Counted from the stretch's first letter, positions 49,060-58,362 are shown. The stretch: 64,000 bases of DNA from a bacterium (GCA_021824345.1 JAKAKW010000002.1:86552-150551), one strand, 5' to 3'. The notes: a model not told the origin generated them from the letters alone. Translations and numbers: made by a program.

Positions 49060-51831
49060 ATGGAAGAACTGTCCCTGAAAGAAATGCCTAAATTCAAGAC
49101 TCCGGAAGAGGAGCTCTCGTATCTGCGCGCTCAAGTGGCGAACAGAGAGAAAGCGCTAATAAATAGCGGGCACTTTGAACACGCAAACGAAAATGCCGCC
49201 CAAGACGTGCTTTCCGAATACAAGAAAATTCCGCTTGAAAAGGCGGTGCACAAAGACAGCGCCATTTCCAAGGAAGAAAAAGAAAACATCGTACTTTCGC
49301 TCAAGCCTGAAGCGCACGACTCCGTGATGGAGGAATTGCTCGGAGTAGTTTTGGAGAAAGGCATAAAAAACGCGCTTTCCGTGGTGGAAGCCATGAACAA
49401 TCCGCACATAGACGATGATTTTCATCGCGTGCTGATCCAATATTTAAAGACCGGCAATATTCCTTTTCCTTTCAAAGAGGGGGCTCCGCTGTACAAAGCT
49501 CTGCATATGACCTTATTTGAAATCACCTTGCCTCCTCCGGAAGATGAAGGCGGAAAAGAAAAGGGATTCAAGGAATTCATCGGCGCCATGGAGCAATTTT
49601 ATGCGGGTATGGCTTCCATTTCTCAGGGAAAAAACAACGAGTTTGGAAACTATTTCGTTCTGGAGGTGGCGCTCTCCGGCGACAGCGACGAGGTGGTGGT
49701 ATATGCCGCCGTACCGGACCAATTTCTTTCACTTTTTGAAAAACAGATTCTCGCTTACTATCACGCCGCCAAAGTGCGCGAAGTGAAAGACGATTACAAT
49801 ATTTTCAACGAGAAAGGAGTGGCGGTCGGCGCTTACGCGGAGCTTACCGAGAAAGCGGTCATGCCGCTTAAGACCTACGACAACATTGAACACGATCCCA
49901 TGAACACCATTCTGAACGTTTTTTCCAAGCTGGCCACTGTAGGCGAAGGCGCGGCTATCCAGATCGCGGTGGCTCCGGCCGGAGAGAAATACATAAACGA
50001 GTTCCATAAAATTTTAGACGACGTTAAAGGGGGCATGTCCGTGAAGCATGCCAACGACAATTTGTACAAATTCAACAAAGCTTTCCTTCGCATCTCGAAG
50101 GAAATTGTTTTTGGAACAAAGAATAATGAAAATGCCGGCGAAAACAAGGAATTGAGCGCTCCGGGCAGGAGAGCGGTAGACGAAGGAGCTGCGGAAAAGA
50201 TCGGGAACAAAATGAAATCCAGCATCATGAAGGCGAACATAAGAGTGCTGGCTTCCGCCCCCACCGAAATGCGCGCCAACTCCATCCTGCAGGAAATAGA
50301 ATCATCCTTTAACCAGTTCGCCGAGCCGGCCAGTAATTCCTTGTATTTCCGAAAATGTTCCGGCGGAAAGCTCAAACAGCTTTTTCATGATTTTTCCTAC
50401 CGCACGTTTTCAAAGGATGAGGCCCTTCCGTTAAACCTCAAAGAACTTTCTTCCATTTTTCATTTTCCGGTGGGTGTTGGGGCCATGCCCCAGCTTCGAG
50501 AGGCCAGATCCGGCATCGCTCCCGCTCCGATCCAAATGGGCAAGGAGGGCATACTGCTTGGCATAAACAGCTATCGGGGCAAAGACACGGAAGTGCGCAT
50601 GGGCAAGGAAGACCGCATGCGGCATTTCTATGTGATCGGACAAACCGGCACCGGAAAAACGAACGTGATGCTGAATATGATTACCCAAGATATAAAGAAC
50701 GGAGACGGAGTGTGCTATATAGACCCGCATGGCACGGACATCCAGACTATTCTCTCGCGCATTCCGAAGGAGCGGGTGGACGACGTGATCTACTTTGATC
50801 CTAGCTATATTGCCCGGCCCATGGGCTTGAACATGCTTGAGTATGATCCGAAATATCCCGAGCAGAAAACTTTCGTGGTGAACGAAATGATGAACATCTT
50901 TAACAAGCTTTTTGACATGAAAGTGGGAGGAGGACCTATGTTCGAGCAGTATTTCCGAAACTCGGCGTTTCTGGTGATGGAAGACCCCGATTCTGGTTCC
51001 ACTTTGCTTGAAATTACCCGTGTCTTGGCGGATAAGGATTTTCGGGATATGAAACTGGAACGCTGCAAGAATCCGATCATCAAGCAGTTCTGGGTTTCCG
51101 CTGAGCAGACCACCGGAGACCAATCTTTGGCCAACTTTGTTCCATATATTTCATCTAAGTTTGACAACTTCATTTCCAACGACATCATGCGTCCGGTGGT
51201 GCTTCAGCAAAATTCCGTTTTTAACTTTCGTAAAATAATGGACGAAAAAAAGATTCTCCTGGTGAATCTTTCAAAAGGGCGCTTGGGAGAGATAAACTCA
51301 AATTTGATCGGGCTGGTGCTGGCCGGCAAAATCCAGATGGCGGCCCTGTCCCGGGTGGACATGTTCGGCCAGAAGATGAACGACTTCTATCTTTATATTG
51401 ACGAATTCCAGAATGTTACCACCGATTCCATTTCCTCTATCCTTTCAGAGGCGCGGAAATACCGCCTGTCTCTTAATATCGCCCACCAGTACATAAATCA
51501 GCTGGAAGAGGGGATAAAGAACGCGGTATTTGGAAACGTCGGATCTATGGCGGTATTCCGAGTAGGCGCCGAGGATGCCCAATTCCTTGAACCGAAGTTC
51601 AAGCCGACTTTCAGCGCCCGCGACATCACCCGGTTGGAAAACTACAACGCTTACATGAATATGTTGATAAACGGAGAGCCTTCCAAGCCATTCAATATGA
51701 AGACTCTTCCGCCGGAAAAGGGCAATTCGGAGATAGTGCAGAGCCTAAAGGAGCTTTCGTACATGAAATACGGCCGGGATAGGGAAGAAGTGGAAAAAGA
51801 AATTATGGCCCGATACGAGTCAGCTCAGTAA
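49060..51831 (+). CDS. VirB4/TraD-like (HerA-FtsK superfamily) ATPase
   Basis: RHFYVIGQTGTGKT, YIDPHG, LYIDEFQN, LSEARKY, AHQYI.QL. Confidence 0.88.
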   Translation: MEELSLKEMPKFKTPEEELSYLRAQVANREKALINSGHFEHANENAAQDVLSEYKKIPLEKAVHKDSAISKEEKENIVLSLKPEAHDSVMEELLGVVLEKGIKNALSVVEAMNNPHIDDDFHRVLIQYLKTGNIPFPFKEGAPLYKALHMTLFEITLPPPEDEGGKEKGFKEFIGAMEQFYAGMASISQGKNNEFGNYFVLEVALSGDSDEVVVYAAVPDQFLSLFEKQILAYYHAAKVREVKDDYNIFNEKGVAVGAYAELTEKAVMPLKTYDNIEHDPMNTILNVFSKLATVGEGAAIQIAVAPAGEKYINEFHKILDDVKGGMSVKHANDNLYKFNKAFLRISKEIVFGTKNNENAGENKELSAPGRRAVDEGAAEKIGNKMKSSIMKANIRVLASAPTEMRANSILQEIESSFNQFAEPASNSLYFRKCSGGKLKQLFHDFSYRTFSKDEALPLNLKELSSIFHFPVGVGAMPQLREARSGIAPAPIQMGKEGILLGINSYRGKDTEVRMGKEDRMRHFYVIGQTGTGKTNVMLNMITQDIKNGDGVCYIDPHGTDIQTILSRIPKERVDDVIYFDPSYIARPMGLNMLEYDPKYPEQKTFVVNEMMNIFNKLFDMKVGGGPMFEQYFRNSAFLVMEDPDSGSTLLEITRVLADKDFRDMKLERCKNPIIKQFWVSAEQTTGDQSLANFVPYISSKFDNFISNDIMRPVVLQQNSVFNFRKIMDEKKILLVNLSKGRLGEINSNLIGLVLAGKIQMAALSRVDMFGQKMNDFYLYIDEFQNVTTDSISSILSEARKYRLSLNIAHQYINQLEEGIKNAVFGNVGSMAVFRVGAEDAQFLEPKFKPTFSARDITRLENYNAYMNMLINGEPSKPFNMKTLPPEKGNSEIVQSLKELSYMKYGRDREEVEKEIMARYESAQ

Positions 51832-51911
51832 ATTGCAAAAATGCTGTTTTTTTGGTAATATGTCTGTATTACAACCACAGCATCAGCTGTTTTTTATTTA
51901 TGAATTAAGAT

Positions 51912-52496
51912 ATGAAACACCCGAAAGAAGAAAAAACGTTTGTAATGGTTAAGCCGGACGGAGTACGCAAAGGCTTGATAGGCCAGGTAATCAGCCGTTT
52001 TGAACAGCGAGATCTGAAGATTGTGGCGCTTGAAATGTTCCAGCCCACCCATGAGCAGATTCATGATCATTATCCCAAGGACGAAGCTTGGATTACTCGC
52101 CTCGGAGAGAAAACCAAATCGACCTATGAAAAATACGGATATGACCTGATCGCCGATTTCAACACGGAAGACGCGGCCCAAATCGGCCCGGAAGTTAGAA
52201 CCTGGCTGGTTGACTACATGAAATCCGCGCCTTTAGTCAAAATGGTGGTGCAGGGCGTTCATGCAGTGGATATCGTGCGCAAGCTTGCGGGCGATACCCT
52301 TCCGTATCGTGCGGCCGTAGGTACTATTAGAGGGGATTTTTCCATTGATTCTCCGGTGCTTGCCAACAAAGAAAAAAGAGCGGTGGCGAATATAATCCAT
52401 TGTTCGGAAACTCCCGAAGAAGCGGAACACGAAATCCAACATTGGTTCGGGAAGGCAGTTTTGCACGAATACAAGCGCTTCGGAGTGGACGAATAG
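51912..52496 (+). CDS. ndk: Nucleoside diphosphate kinase
   Basis: TFVMVKPDGV, GTIRGDF, NIIHCS. Confidence 0.96.
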   Translation: MKHPKEEKTFVMVKPDGVRKGLIGQVISRFEQRDLKIVALEMFQPTHEQIHDHYPKDEAWITRLGEKTKSTYEKYGYDLIADFNTEDAAQIGPEVRTWLVDYMKSAPLVKMVVQGVHAVDIVRKLAGDTLPYRAAVGTIRGDFSIDSPVLANKEKRAVANIIHCSETPEEAEHEIQHWFGKAVLHEYKRFGVDE

Positions 52497-52517
52497 TCTC
52501 AAATTTTGCGTAATATG

Positions 52518-52557
52518 GCGGGCTGTGGAAAATTATTTCCACAGCCCGCCTTTTTTA
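52518..52557 (+). terminator. Intrinsic terminator after ndk
   Basis: GGCGGGCTGTGGAAA...TTTCCACAGCCCGCC plus T run. Confidence 0.85.
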
Positions 52558-52653
52558 TCTTGTATTTTAAGTTCAGCCCGGGTTGGGAATATTCAGAAAC
52601 AAAAAAACTTGCTCGTCCAGTTGCAAGTTCTTGCAGTTTGTCTATACTGAAAG

Positions 52654-52780
52654 TAGGGTTATTTTCAATTATTACCTAGTACACAATCTATAGGGAGCCT
52701 CGATCGCCCCTTGCTGTGGCATAGGGCGTCTGACACCCACGTGGCTATCAGGCTACGGTAATACATTGGAAATAACCCTA
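52654..52780 (+). ncRNA. Candidate structured ncRNA (rod-shaped, possibly 6S-like)
   Basis: TTGCAA-16nt-TATACT promoter, end-to-end pairing TAGGGTTATTT/AAATAACCCTA and TATTACC/GGTAATA, downstream hairpin plus T run. Confidence 0.55.
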
Positions 52781-52887
52781 AGAAAGAATCCGCATTTTAT
52801 CCCGCCCCGCGGGATTTTTTCTTTTTCCGGGAGTTTTTCCCTTTTTCCGTTATATATTTTCTCAAAATCGTTTATAATAATCTTAAT

Positions 52888-54252
52888 ATGCAAAATAAGG
52901 CAAAAATAACGTTCTGCGGGGGAGTAGGCGCCGTCACCGGCGCCAATTTCCTGCTTGAGGCGGACGGGAAAAAAATTCTTGTGGATTGCGGGCTGACGCA
53001 GTCGGAAAAGCTGGCAGACGAAACGAACTGGGCCCCTTTTCCTTATGACCCGAAAGAGATAGACATTCTTTTTGTCACTCATGCTCATATAGACCACGTG
53101 GGCCGGATTCCCAAGCTCATGAACGAGGGATTTCGCGGGCAGATTTTTTCCACTCCGCCCACCATGGATCTGGCCAAGCCCATGCTGGACGATACGGCCG
53201 GTATTCTGGACAAAAGCGACAAGTACGGCTTGGACAAAATATATTCCGAGGAAAACATAAAAAAATCTTTTTCCTTTTGGAAAGGAGCGGACTATCACGA
53301 AAAAATTCCGATTACGGACAATCTGGAAGCCGCCTTTTACAATGCCGGACACATTCTCGGTTCGGCTATGGTTCTTTTCACATACAATGGGAAAAAAATA
53401 ATGTTCACAGGGGATTTGGGCAACAGCCCGTCTCCTCTTTTGCCCGACACCGACAACGTGAAAGGCGTGGATTATCTGGTAATGGAAAGCGTATACGGCG
53501 ATCGGAATCATGAATCTCGGGAAGACCGCCGAAGGATGCTGGAGGAGGTGATTGAAGACAATTATCACCGCAAGGGTACTCTGGTCATACCGACTTTTTC
53601 CCTGGAACGCTCCCAAGAACTCCTGTTTGAGATGAACAATCTGGTGGAAGAAAACCACATACCCGAGATGCCCGTATTTTTGGACTCTCCGCTGGCCATA
53701 CGCTTGACGGAGGTTTTCCAGAAGTATAAGGGATATTTCAACGAGAATGCGCAGAAATTCATGATAGAAGACCCGAACCTTTTCAAATTCCCCGGATTGC
53801 GCTTCACTTTGAACGCGGAAGAGTCAAAAATGATAGACGAAACTTCCGGTCCGAAAATAATCATCGCGGGCAGCGGCATGTCAAGCGGAGGGCGAGTAGT
53901 GTACCACGAGCAGAAGTATCTTCCCGATCCGAACAACACTCTGTTGCTCATCGGCTATCAATCCGTGGGCACCCCGGGCAGGCTGATCCAGGAGGGCGTA
54001 AAAACGGTAAAAATAGCGGGGGAATACGTGCACATGCGGGCGCATTTGGCTTACATATACGGGTATTCCGGCCATAAGGATTCAGACCACCTGCTGGGCT
54101 TCATCCAGGATATGCGCGAATCGCTTAGAAAAGTGTTCGTGGTGATGGGGGAGCCGAAATCTTCCATGTTTCTGGTGCAAAAAATGCGGGATAATTTGGG
54201 AATTGAAGCATACGCGCCCGAACAAGGGGACAGCGCGACCTTGGATTGCTGA
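52888..54252 (+). CDS. MBL-fold beta-CASP ribonuclease
   Basis: THAHIDHVG, AGHILGS, FTGDLG, ESVYG, GSGMSSGGR, YSGH. Confidence 0.92.
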   Translation: MQNKAKITFCGGVGAVTGANFLLEADGKKILVDCGLTQSEKLADETNWAPFPYDPKEIDILFVTHAHIDHVGRIPKLMNEGFRGQIFSTPPTMDLAKPMLDDTAGILDKSDKYGLDKIYSEENIKKSFSFWKGADYHEKIPITDNLEAAFYNAGHILGSAMVLFTYNGKKIMFTGDLGNSPSPLLPDTDNVKGVDYLVMESVYGDRNHESREDRRRMLEEVIEDNYHRKGTLVIPTFSLERSQELLFEMNNLVEENHIPEMPVFLDSPLAIRLTEVFQKYKGYFNENAQKFMIEDPNLFKFPGLRFTLNAEESKMIDETSGPKIIIAGSGMSSGGRVVYHEQKYLPDPNNTLLLIGYQSVGTPGRLIQEGVKTVKIAGEYVHMRAHLAYIYGYSGHKDSDHLLGFIQDMRESLRKVFVVMGEPKSSMFLVQKMRDNLGIEAYAPEQGDSATLDC

Positions 54253-54254
54253 GC

Positions 54255-54412
54255 AAAGCGGCGGTCATGGCAGCGCTTCTCAAAAGCACGCATAAAACTC
54301 TGCTGAGTTTTTGCTCTGCTCGTCGCTCAAGGGAATCATAGCCGGAGTACCGGCTTGATTCCCTAAGCTCCTGCGCAAGGCTTTTCTCAAAGTCTGCCAT
54401 GACCGCCACTTT
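54255..54412. repeat. Intergenic fold-back element E4
   Basis: Terminal IR GGCGGTCATGGCAG/CTGCCATGACCGCC with internal hairpins AAAACTC-TGCT-GAGTTTT and GGGAATCA...TGATTCCC. Confidence 0.75.
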
Positions 54413-54444
54413 TAGAAAACATTCATATTGTGTATAATTAGCGC

Positions 54445-55056
54445 ATGCAAAACAATCCGGAAGAGAATTTATTCCAGAAACACGGGCATGACCAGATAAA
54501 AATCTGCGTTTCGGGCGCGGCGGAGACGGGGCATTGCGGAATGGGAGCGCTGGAAAAGGCCAAAGAGCTTGGCAAAGAGATAGTGCGGCAAGGGGCGATA
54601 TTGGTCACCGGCGCCACCACCGGCTTTCCTTTCTGGTCTGCCATGGGCGCCAAAGAGGCGGGCGGAATATCCGTCGGATTTTCTCCGGCTTCCACGGAAA
54701 GAGAGCATGCCGAAGTTTATAAGCTTCCGCTGGATTACATGGATATGATCGTATATACCGGCTTCGGCTATCCCGGGCGGGACCTCCTTCTTACCCGATC
54801 CGTGGACGCTGTGATCTGTGGCTGCGGACGCATCGGCACCATCCACGAATTCACCGTGGCTTTTGAAGACGGCAAGGTGATAGGAATTTACGAAGGGCCC
54901 TGGGACATGGGAGACGAACTTAAAGAGATTTTGGAAAAAAGCCACCGGCCGAACGCGAAAGTAGTGGCCGGAAGCGACCCCAAAAAACTGGTGGCGGACG
55001 TAATCGCCCTGGTAAAGGAAATGAAGCTCAAGGAGTACAACGTGGTGAACGTCTAG
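54445..55056 (+). CDS. LOG/SLOG family protein
   Basis: LVTGATTG, GFSPA, GRIGTIHEF. Confidence 0.8.
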   Translation: MQNNPEENLFQKHGHDQIKICVSGAAETGHCGMGALEKAKELGKEIVRQGAILVTGATTGFPFWSAMGAKEAGGISVGFSPASTEREHAEVYKLPLDYMDMIVYTGFGYPGRDLLLTRSVDAVICGCGRIGTIHEFTVAFEDGKVIGIYEGPWDMGDELKEILEKSHRPNAKVVAGSDPKKLVADVIALVKEMKLKEYNVVNV

Positions 55057-55583
55057 CCTCTTCCATATAAAACAGTCTTAAGCTCAGGGTATTTTTTAAA
55101 GTTAAGATCGGCGAAAAATTCTTCCCTGTTATCGTAAAAAAATATTTCCTCGCCGGGGTTCTTCTCGCATATCTCCTCGACGGCCTTTTTTTTACTGTTC
55201 GGCACTATTATTATTTCTTTAAATAAAGGAGCGACGCAGCTCAGGTTTATCTTGTCTTCCTGAAACTTCTTATCTCCGTTCGTCACCAGATAGCAGTTTT
55301 CTTTTCCCGCCCGGCGCGCTTTTTCCGCCATTTCCTCGTTTATCAATTCCGGACATTTTTCCATTATTTCTTCATAAAGCCGTTCAATCGAGCCGGGTTC
55401 TCCGCCGCGGAAAATTTTTCGTAAAAAATTTTTCAAGGAAAATTCGCTTGCTCTATCGCCTTTATATAAATCTTCCGCTTCGGGACGAGGAATCCCGGCT
55501 TCTTCTATGCGTGAAAACATCCAGTCTTTGAACTCGGGGGTATTTTTGAAAAGCACGTCGTCAAAATCCAAAATCAATTTCAT
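55053..55583 (-). CDS. HAD-superfamily hydrolase-like protein
   Basis: ILDFDDVLF, LVTNGD..FQ..K, FYDN. Confidence 0.75.
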   Translation of the reverse strand: MKLILDFDDVLFKNTPEFKDWMFSRIEEAGIPRPEAEDLYKGDRASEFSLKNFLRKIFRGGEPGSIERLYEEIMEKCPELINEEMAEKARRAGKENCYLVTNGDKKFQEDKINLSCVAPLFKEIIIVPNSKKKAVEEICEKNPGEEIFFYDNREEFFADLNFKKYPELKTVLYGRG

Positions 55584-56575
55584 CTTTTCTTCTTGATTAT
55601 TTCCTCCACGCACTTGGCGATCTTTTGCGAATCATGGCGGATGAAGCTTCTAAATTTCTGCCGCGAATCATTTTTGTCGTATTTTACCAGTACATGGGAA
55701 ATCAAAGGTCTGCGAACGGCTCGGGAATCTGAAAGATCATCCTTCACCAGAACACCGTCTCCTTCCTTGAGCTTATATCGGCGGACCTGCGCCGGAGAAG
55801 GGGACTGGCTGTTAATTAATATTATGTCTATGGGACGGCCGAGATACTTTTCGGTGTTTTTAACGTAGTCGCTCGCTTTCCAATGAAGAGTATGCCCCTT
55901 CTTGTTTGTCAGGTTTACCGGCAAAATAATTTTTGCCTTGGTCCTGCCAATGGCTTCCTTGAAGCCGGGAACGATCAGATTGGGCACCAGAGATTCAAAA
56001 TAAGTGCCCGGGCCTATGATGATGTAATCAGCGCGCAAAATGGCTTTCTTTGCGTTCGGATTCAATTGAACCCTGGAAGAAAAATAAATTTTTTTCAATC
56101 CTCTCTTTTGAAAATTCGCTTTGTCTACTTCTATCTGCCCGCAGATGGAATGGCCGTCGCCGAGCTGAGCGCATAAATCAGTCTTGTTCTTGGTGACTGG
56201 CACGACCATGCCTTTTACTTTCAGTATTTCCGAGGCCACTTCAACCCCTTTGCCGAAATCGCCGGTGACCTTTTCCAGAGTTGCCAAGAGAATATTGCCG
56301 AAACTGTGGCTTTTCAGCTTTCCGTCGTCAAAACGGTAGTTCATCATTTTGCGCACCGTGTCCGTGTGCTCGGAAAGGGCCACCAAGCATTGGCGCACAT
56401 CCCCCGGCGGCAGCACGCCCAATTCGTCCCGAAGGATGCGGGTGGACCCTCCATTGTCCGCCATGGATACAACAGCCGTGAGGGAAACATCCTTCAGGTT
56501 TTTCAGCCCCGAAAGGACGGTATAGCTTCCCGTTCCGCCCCCTACGGTCACTATGTTTTTTATTTTTAGCGGCAT
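55580..56575 (-). CDS. YvcK/GlmR (CofD-related) family protein
   Basis: GGGTG, DNGGSTRILRDELGVLPPGDVR, HSFGN, IGPG, RHD. Confidence 0.92.
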   Translation of the reverse strand: MPLKIKNIVTVGGGTGSYTVLSGLKNLKDVSLTAVVSMADNGGSTRILRDELGVLPPGDVRQCLVALSEHTDTVRKMMNYRFDDGKLKSHSFGNILLATLEKVTGDFGKGVEVASEILKVKGMVVPVTKNKTDLCAQLGDGHSICGQIEVDKANFQKRGLKKIYFSSRVQLNPNAKKAILRADYIIIGPGTYFESLVPNLIVPGFKEAIGRTKAKIILPVNLTNKKGHTLHWKASDYVKNTEKYLGRPIDIILINSQSPSPAQVRRYKLKEGDGVLVKDDLSDSRAVRRPLISHVLVKYDKNDSRQKFRSFIRHDSQKIAKCVEEIIKKKR

Positions 56576-56623
56576 GTCAAATGAATCAGCCGCTCCGGCC
56601 TTATGGCCGGAGCGGCTGACCGA

Positions 56624-56968
56624 TTACTTTACGCTCTTGAGAATTCTGGCGAAAGTCTCCGGATTGTTTTCCGAAAGATCCGCGAGAATTTTTCTATCCA
56701 GCATTATTTTCTTCTTTGAGAGAGCACCGATCAGCTTGGAATAGCTCATTCCGCTTTGTCTGGAACCGGCGTTTATCTTGATATTCCAAAGCTTCCGATT
56801 AAAAGATTTCTTGTCTTTTCGGTGAGCGAAAGCATAAGCCCCGGCGTGCAAAAGCGCGTCCTTGGCCATTCTTTCTTTCTTGCTGCGGCCGTGGCGGAAG
56901 CCTTTGGCCTGTTTAAGCACGCTTCTCCTTCTTTTTAGGGCGTGCACTCCTTTTTTTACTCTGGTCAT
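56624..56968 (-). CDS. rplT: 50S ribosomal protein L20
   Basis: MTRVKKG, RKLWNIKINA, LDRKILADL. Confidence 0.97.
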   Translation of the reverse strand: MTRVKKGVHALKRRRSVLKQAKGFRHGRSKKERMAKDALLHAGAYAFAHRKDKKSFNRKLWNIKINAGSRQSGMSYSKLIGALSKKKIMLDRKILADLSENNPETFARILKSVK

Positions 56969-57003
56969 GCTTGTTTATTAAAAAATTATGTTCGGCCGTC
57001 TAT

Positions 57004-57189
57004 CTAATTGAAGGGCAGGAGGTGGCTCTTGTCCTTGTTTTTAATTTTGAATTCACTGCCTTTCCGTCCCGAAAGTTGTACAGTGCGGGATTGCTTTGCA
57101 TTGAAATGATTGAAGCCGGGCTTTCGAGCGATTATCTTGCCCTTTTTTGTCAGTTTCAATCTCTTTGTGTACGATTTATTGGTTTTCAT
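57004..57189 (-). CDS. rpmI: 50S ribosomal protein L35
   Basis: MKTNKSYTKRLKLTKKGKI...NH; between infC and rplT. Confidence 0.93.
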   Translation of the reverse strand: MKTNKSYTKRLKLTKKGKIIARKPGFNHFNAKQSRTVQLSGRKGSEFKIKNKDKSHLLPFN

Positions 57190-57699
57190 TTATTTTGCCT
57201 TTTCTATGGTAACGGCCAAACCCTTTGGACCCTTTTTATACGGATCCGATATCTTGTAATTTTCAGTAATAAGGTGCAGAACTCGGTCTAGACGTTCTCG
57301 GAGGAATCCTTCCTCCATATATTTAGATCTGCCCGTCAAGAACAGTTCTATTTTTATCCTATGCCCTTCCGCAAGCCACTTGGAAGCGGTTTTCGCTTTA
57401 AGGGCAAGGTCGTGTTCGCCGGTGCCTATCTTTACCTGTATTGACTTCGTTTCGCTGGGCTTTCCACCGCCCTGCTTCATCTTTTTCTGCTTCTTGCTGG
57501 CTTCGTATTGATACCTGCCGTAGTCCATTATTTTGGCTACCGGCGGTACCGCATTGGGTGATATTTCAATCAAATCCAGGCCTTTTTCCTCGGCTGCCTT
57601 CAGGGCGTCTTTAAAGCTCAAAACGCCTAGATTGCCGCCCTGGTCGTCTATTACCCGGAGCTCTTTGGCCCTTATTTGATTGTTTATTCTTTCCCGCAA
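57190..57699 (-). CDS. infC: Translation initiation factor IF-3 (non-AUG start, TTG)
   Basis: RINNQIRA..LRVI, LDLIEI..PPVAKIMDYG. Confidence 0.95.
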   Translation of the reverse strand: MRERINNQIRAKELRVIDDQGGNLGVLSFKDALKAAEEKGLDLIEISPNAVPPVAKIMDYGRYQYEASKKQKKMKQGGGKPSETKSIQVKIGTGEHDLALKAKTASKWLAEGHRIKIELFLTGRSKYMEEGFLRERLDRVLHLITENYKISDPYKKGPKGLAVTIEKAK

Positions 57700-57788
57700 G
57701 AGCTGTACATTAAAATTCCCTCAAAGGGGAATTAGTATTGCCAAGTCTAGCGTATTTGGGAAGGAAAGTCAATTGTAATAAAATCATG

Positions 57789-58184
57789 TGGAGATGGGGG
57801 AAATCGAATCCCCGTGCAAGAGGCTGCGGAAGGAAGGTCTACATGCTTAGCGCGCTTTTTGATTTGAGCCGGCGGATTCTTAAGCGAGCCAAATATCCGC
57901 GAGCCGATTCCTTAAGGTTTGGAGAGAGACCAGGAAAAATCTCTTCCTATCCCGATAATGTTACACCTCGCCCAATCTATCGGAAGTTGAAAGGGGAGAC
58001 GCCGGCGTTCTTAAGCGAAAGCCGGAGCGAAAGCGAAGTCCTTCGCACCGAAGTACGGAGAGACCATTGCCATCACCTTGGAAGTCAATTTTGCAATTAA
58101 CTGTTTGGGCGAAGTTTTGCGAGTTTACGCCCATTCTCGGCATGCATTCGGGCCGCCGGCCTATTGTCTATGCCTGGCATCCCC
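57789..58184 (-). ncRNA. ssrA: tmRNA
   Basis: Acceptor GGGGATG/CATCTCC-A with G3.U, TTCGA T-loop, tag frame 58094-58011 AKLTSKVMAMVSPYFGAKDFAFAPAFA*, downstream of smpB. Confidence 0.92.
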
Positions 58185-58197
58185 ATGCTTGTGGCGT

Positions 58198-58331
58198 CGA
58201 GGGTTTTGGTATGTTCTTTTACGGGTACGGGATTTTTTCTGCTGAAAAAATCCCCGAAGTTGGCTCGCCGCCGCCTGCCTGCCGGCAGGCAGGCTCGCCA
58301 AACCTCCTCCAAAAACATACCAAAACCCTCG
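58198..58331 (-). repeat. Intergenic fold-back element E2 with nested 22-bp palindrome
   Basis: 18-bp terminal IR CGAGGGTTTTGGTATGTT; 33-nt core shared with E1; GCCTGCCTGCCGGCAGGCAGGC at 58273-58294. Confidence 0.9.
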
Positions 58332-58362
58332 CCTGCCAACTTTATATGTGACGAGTTTTGCG

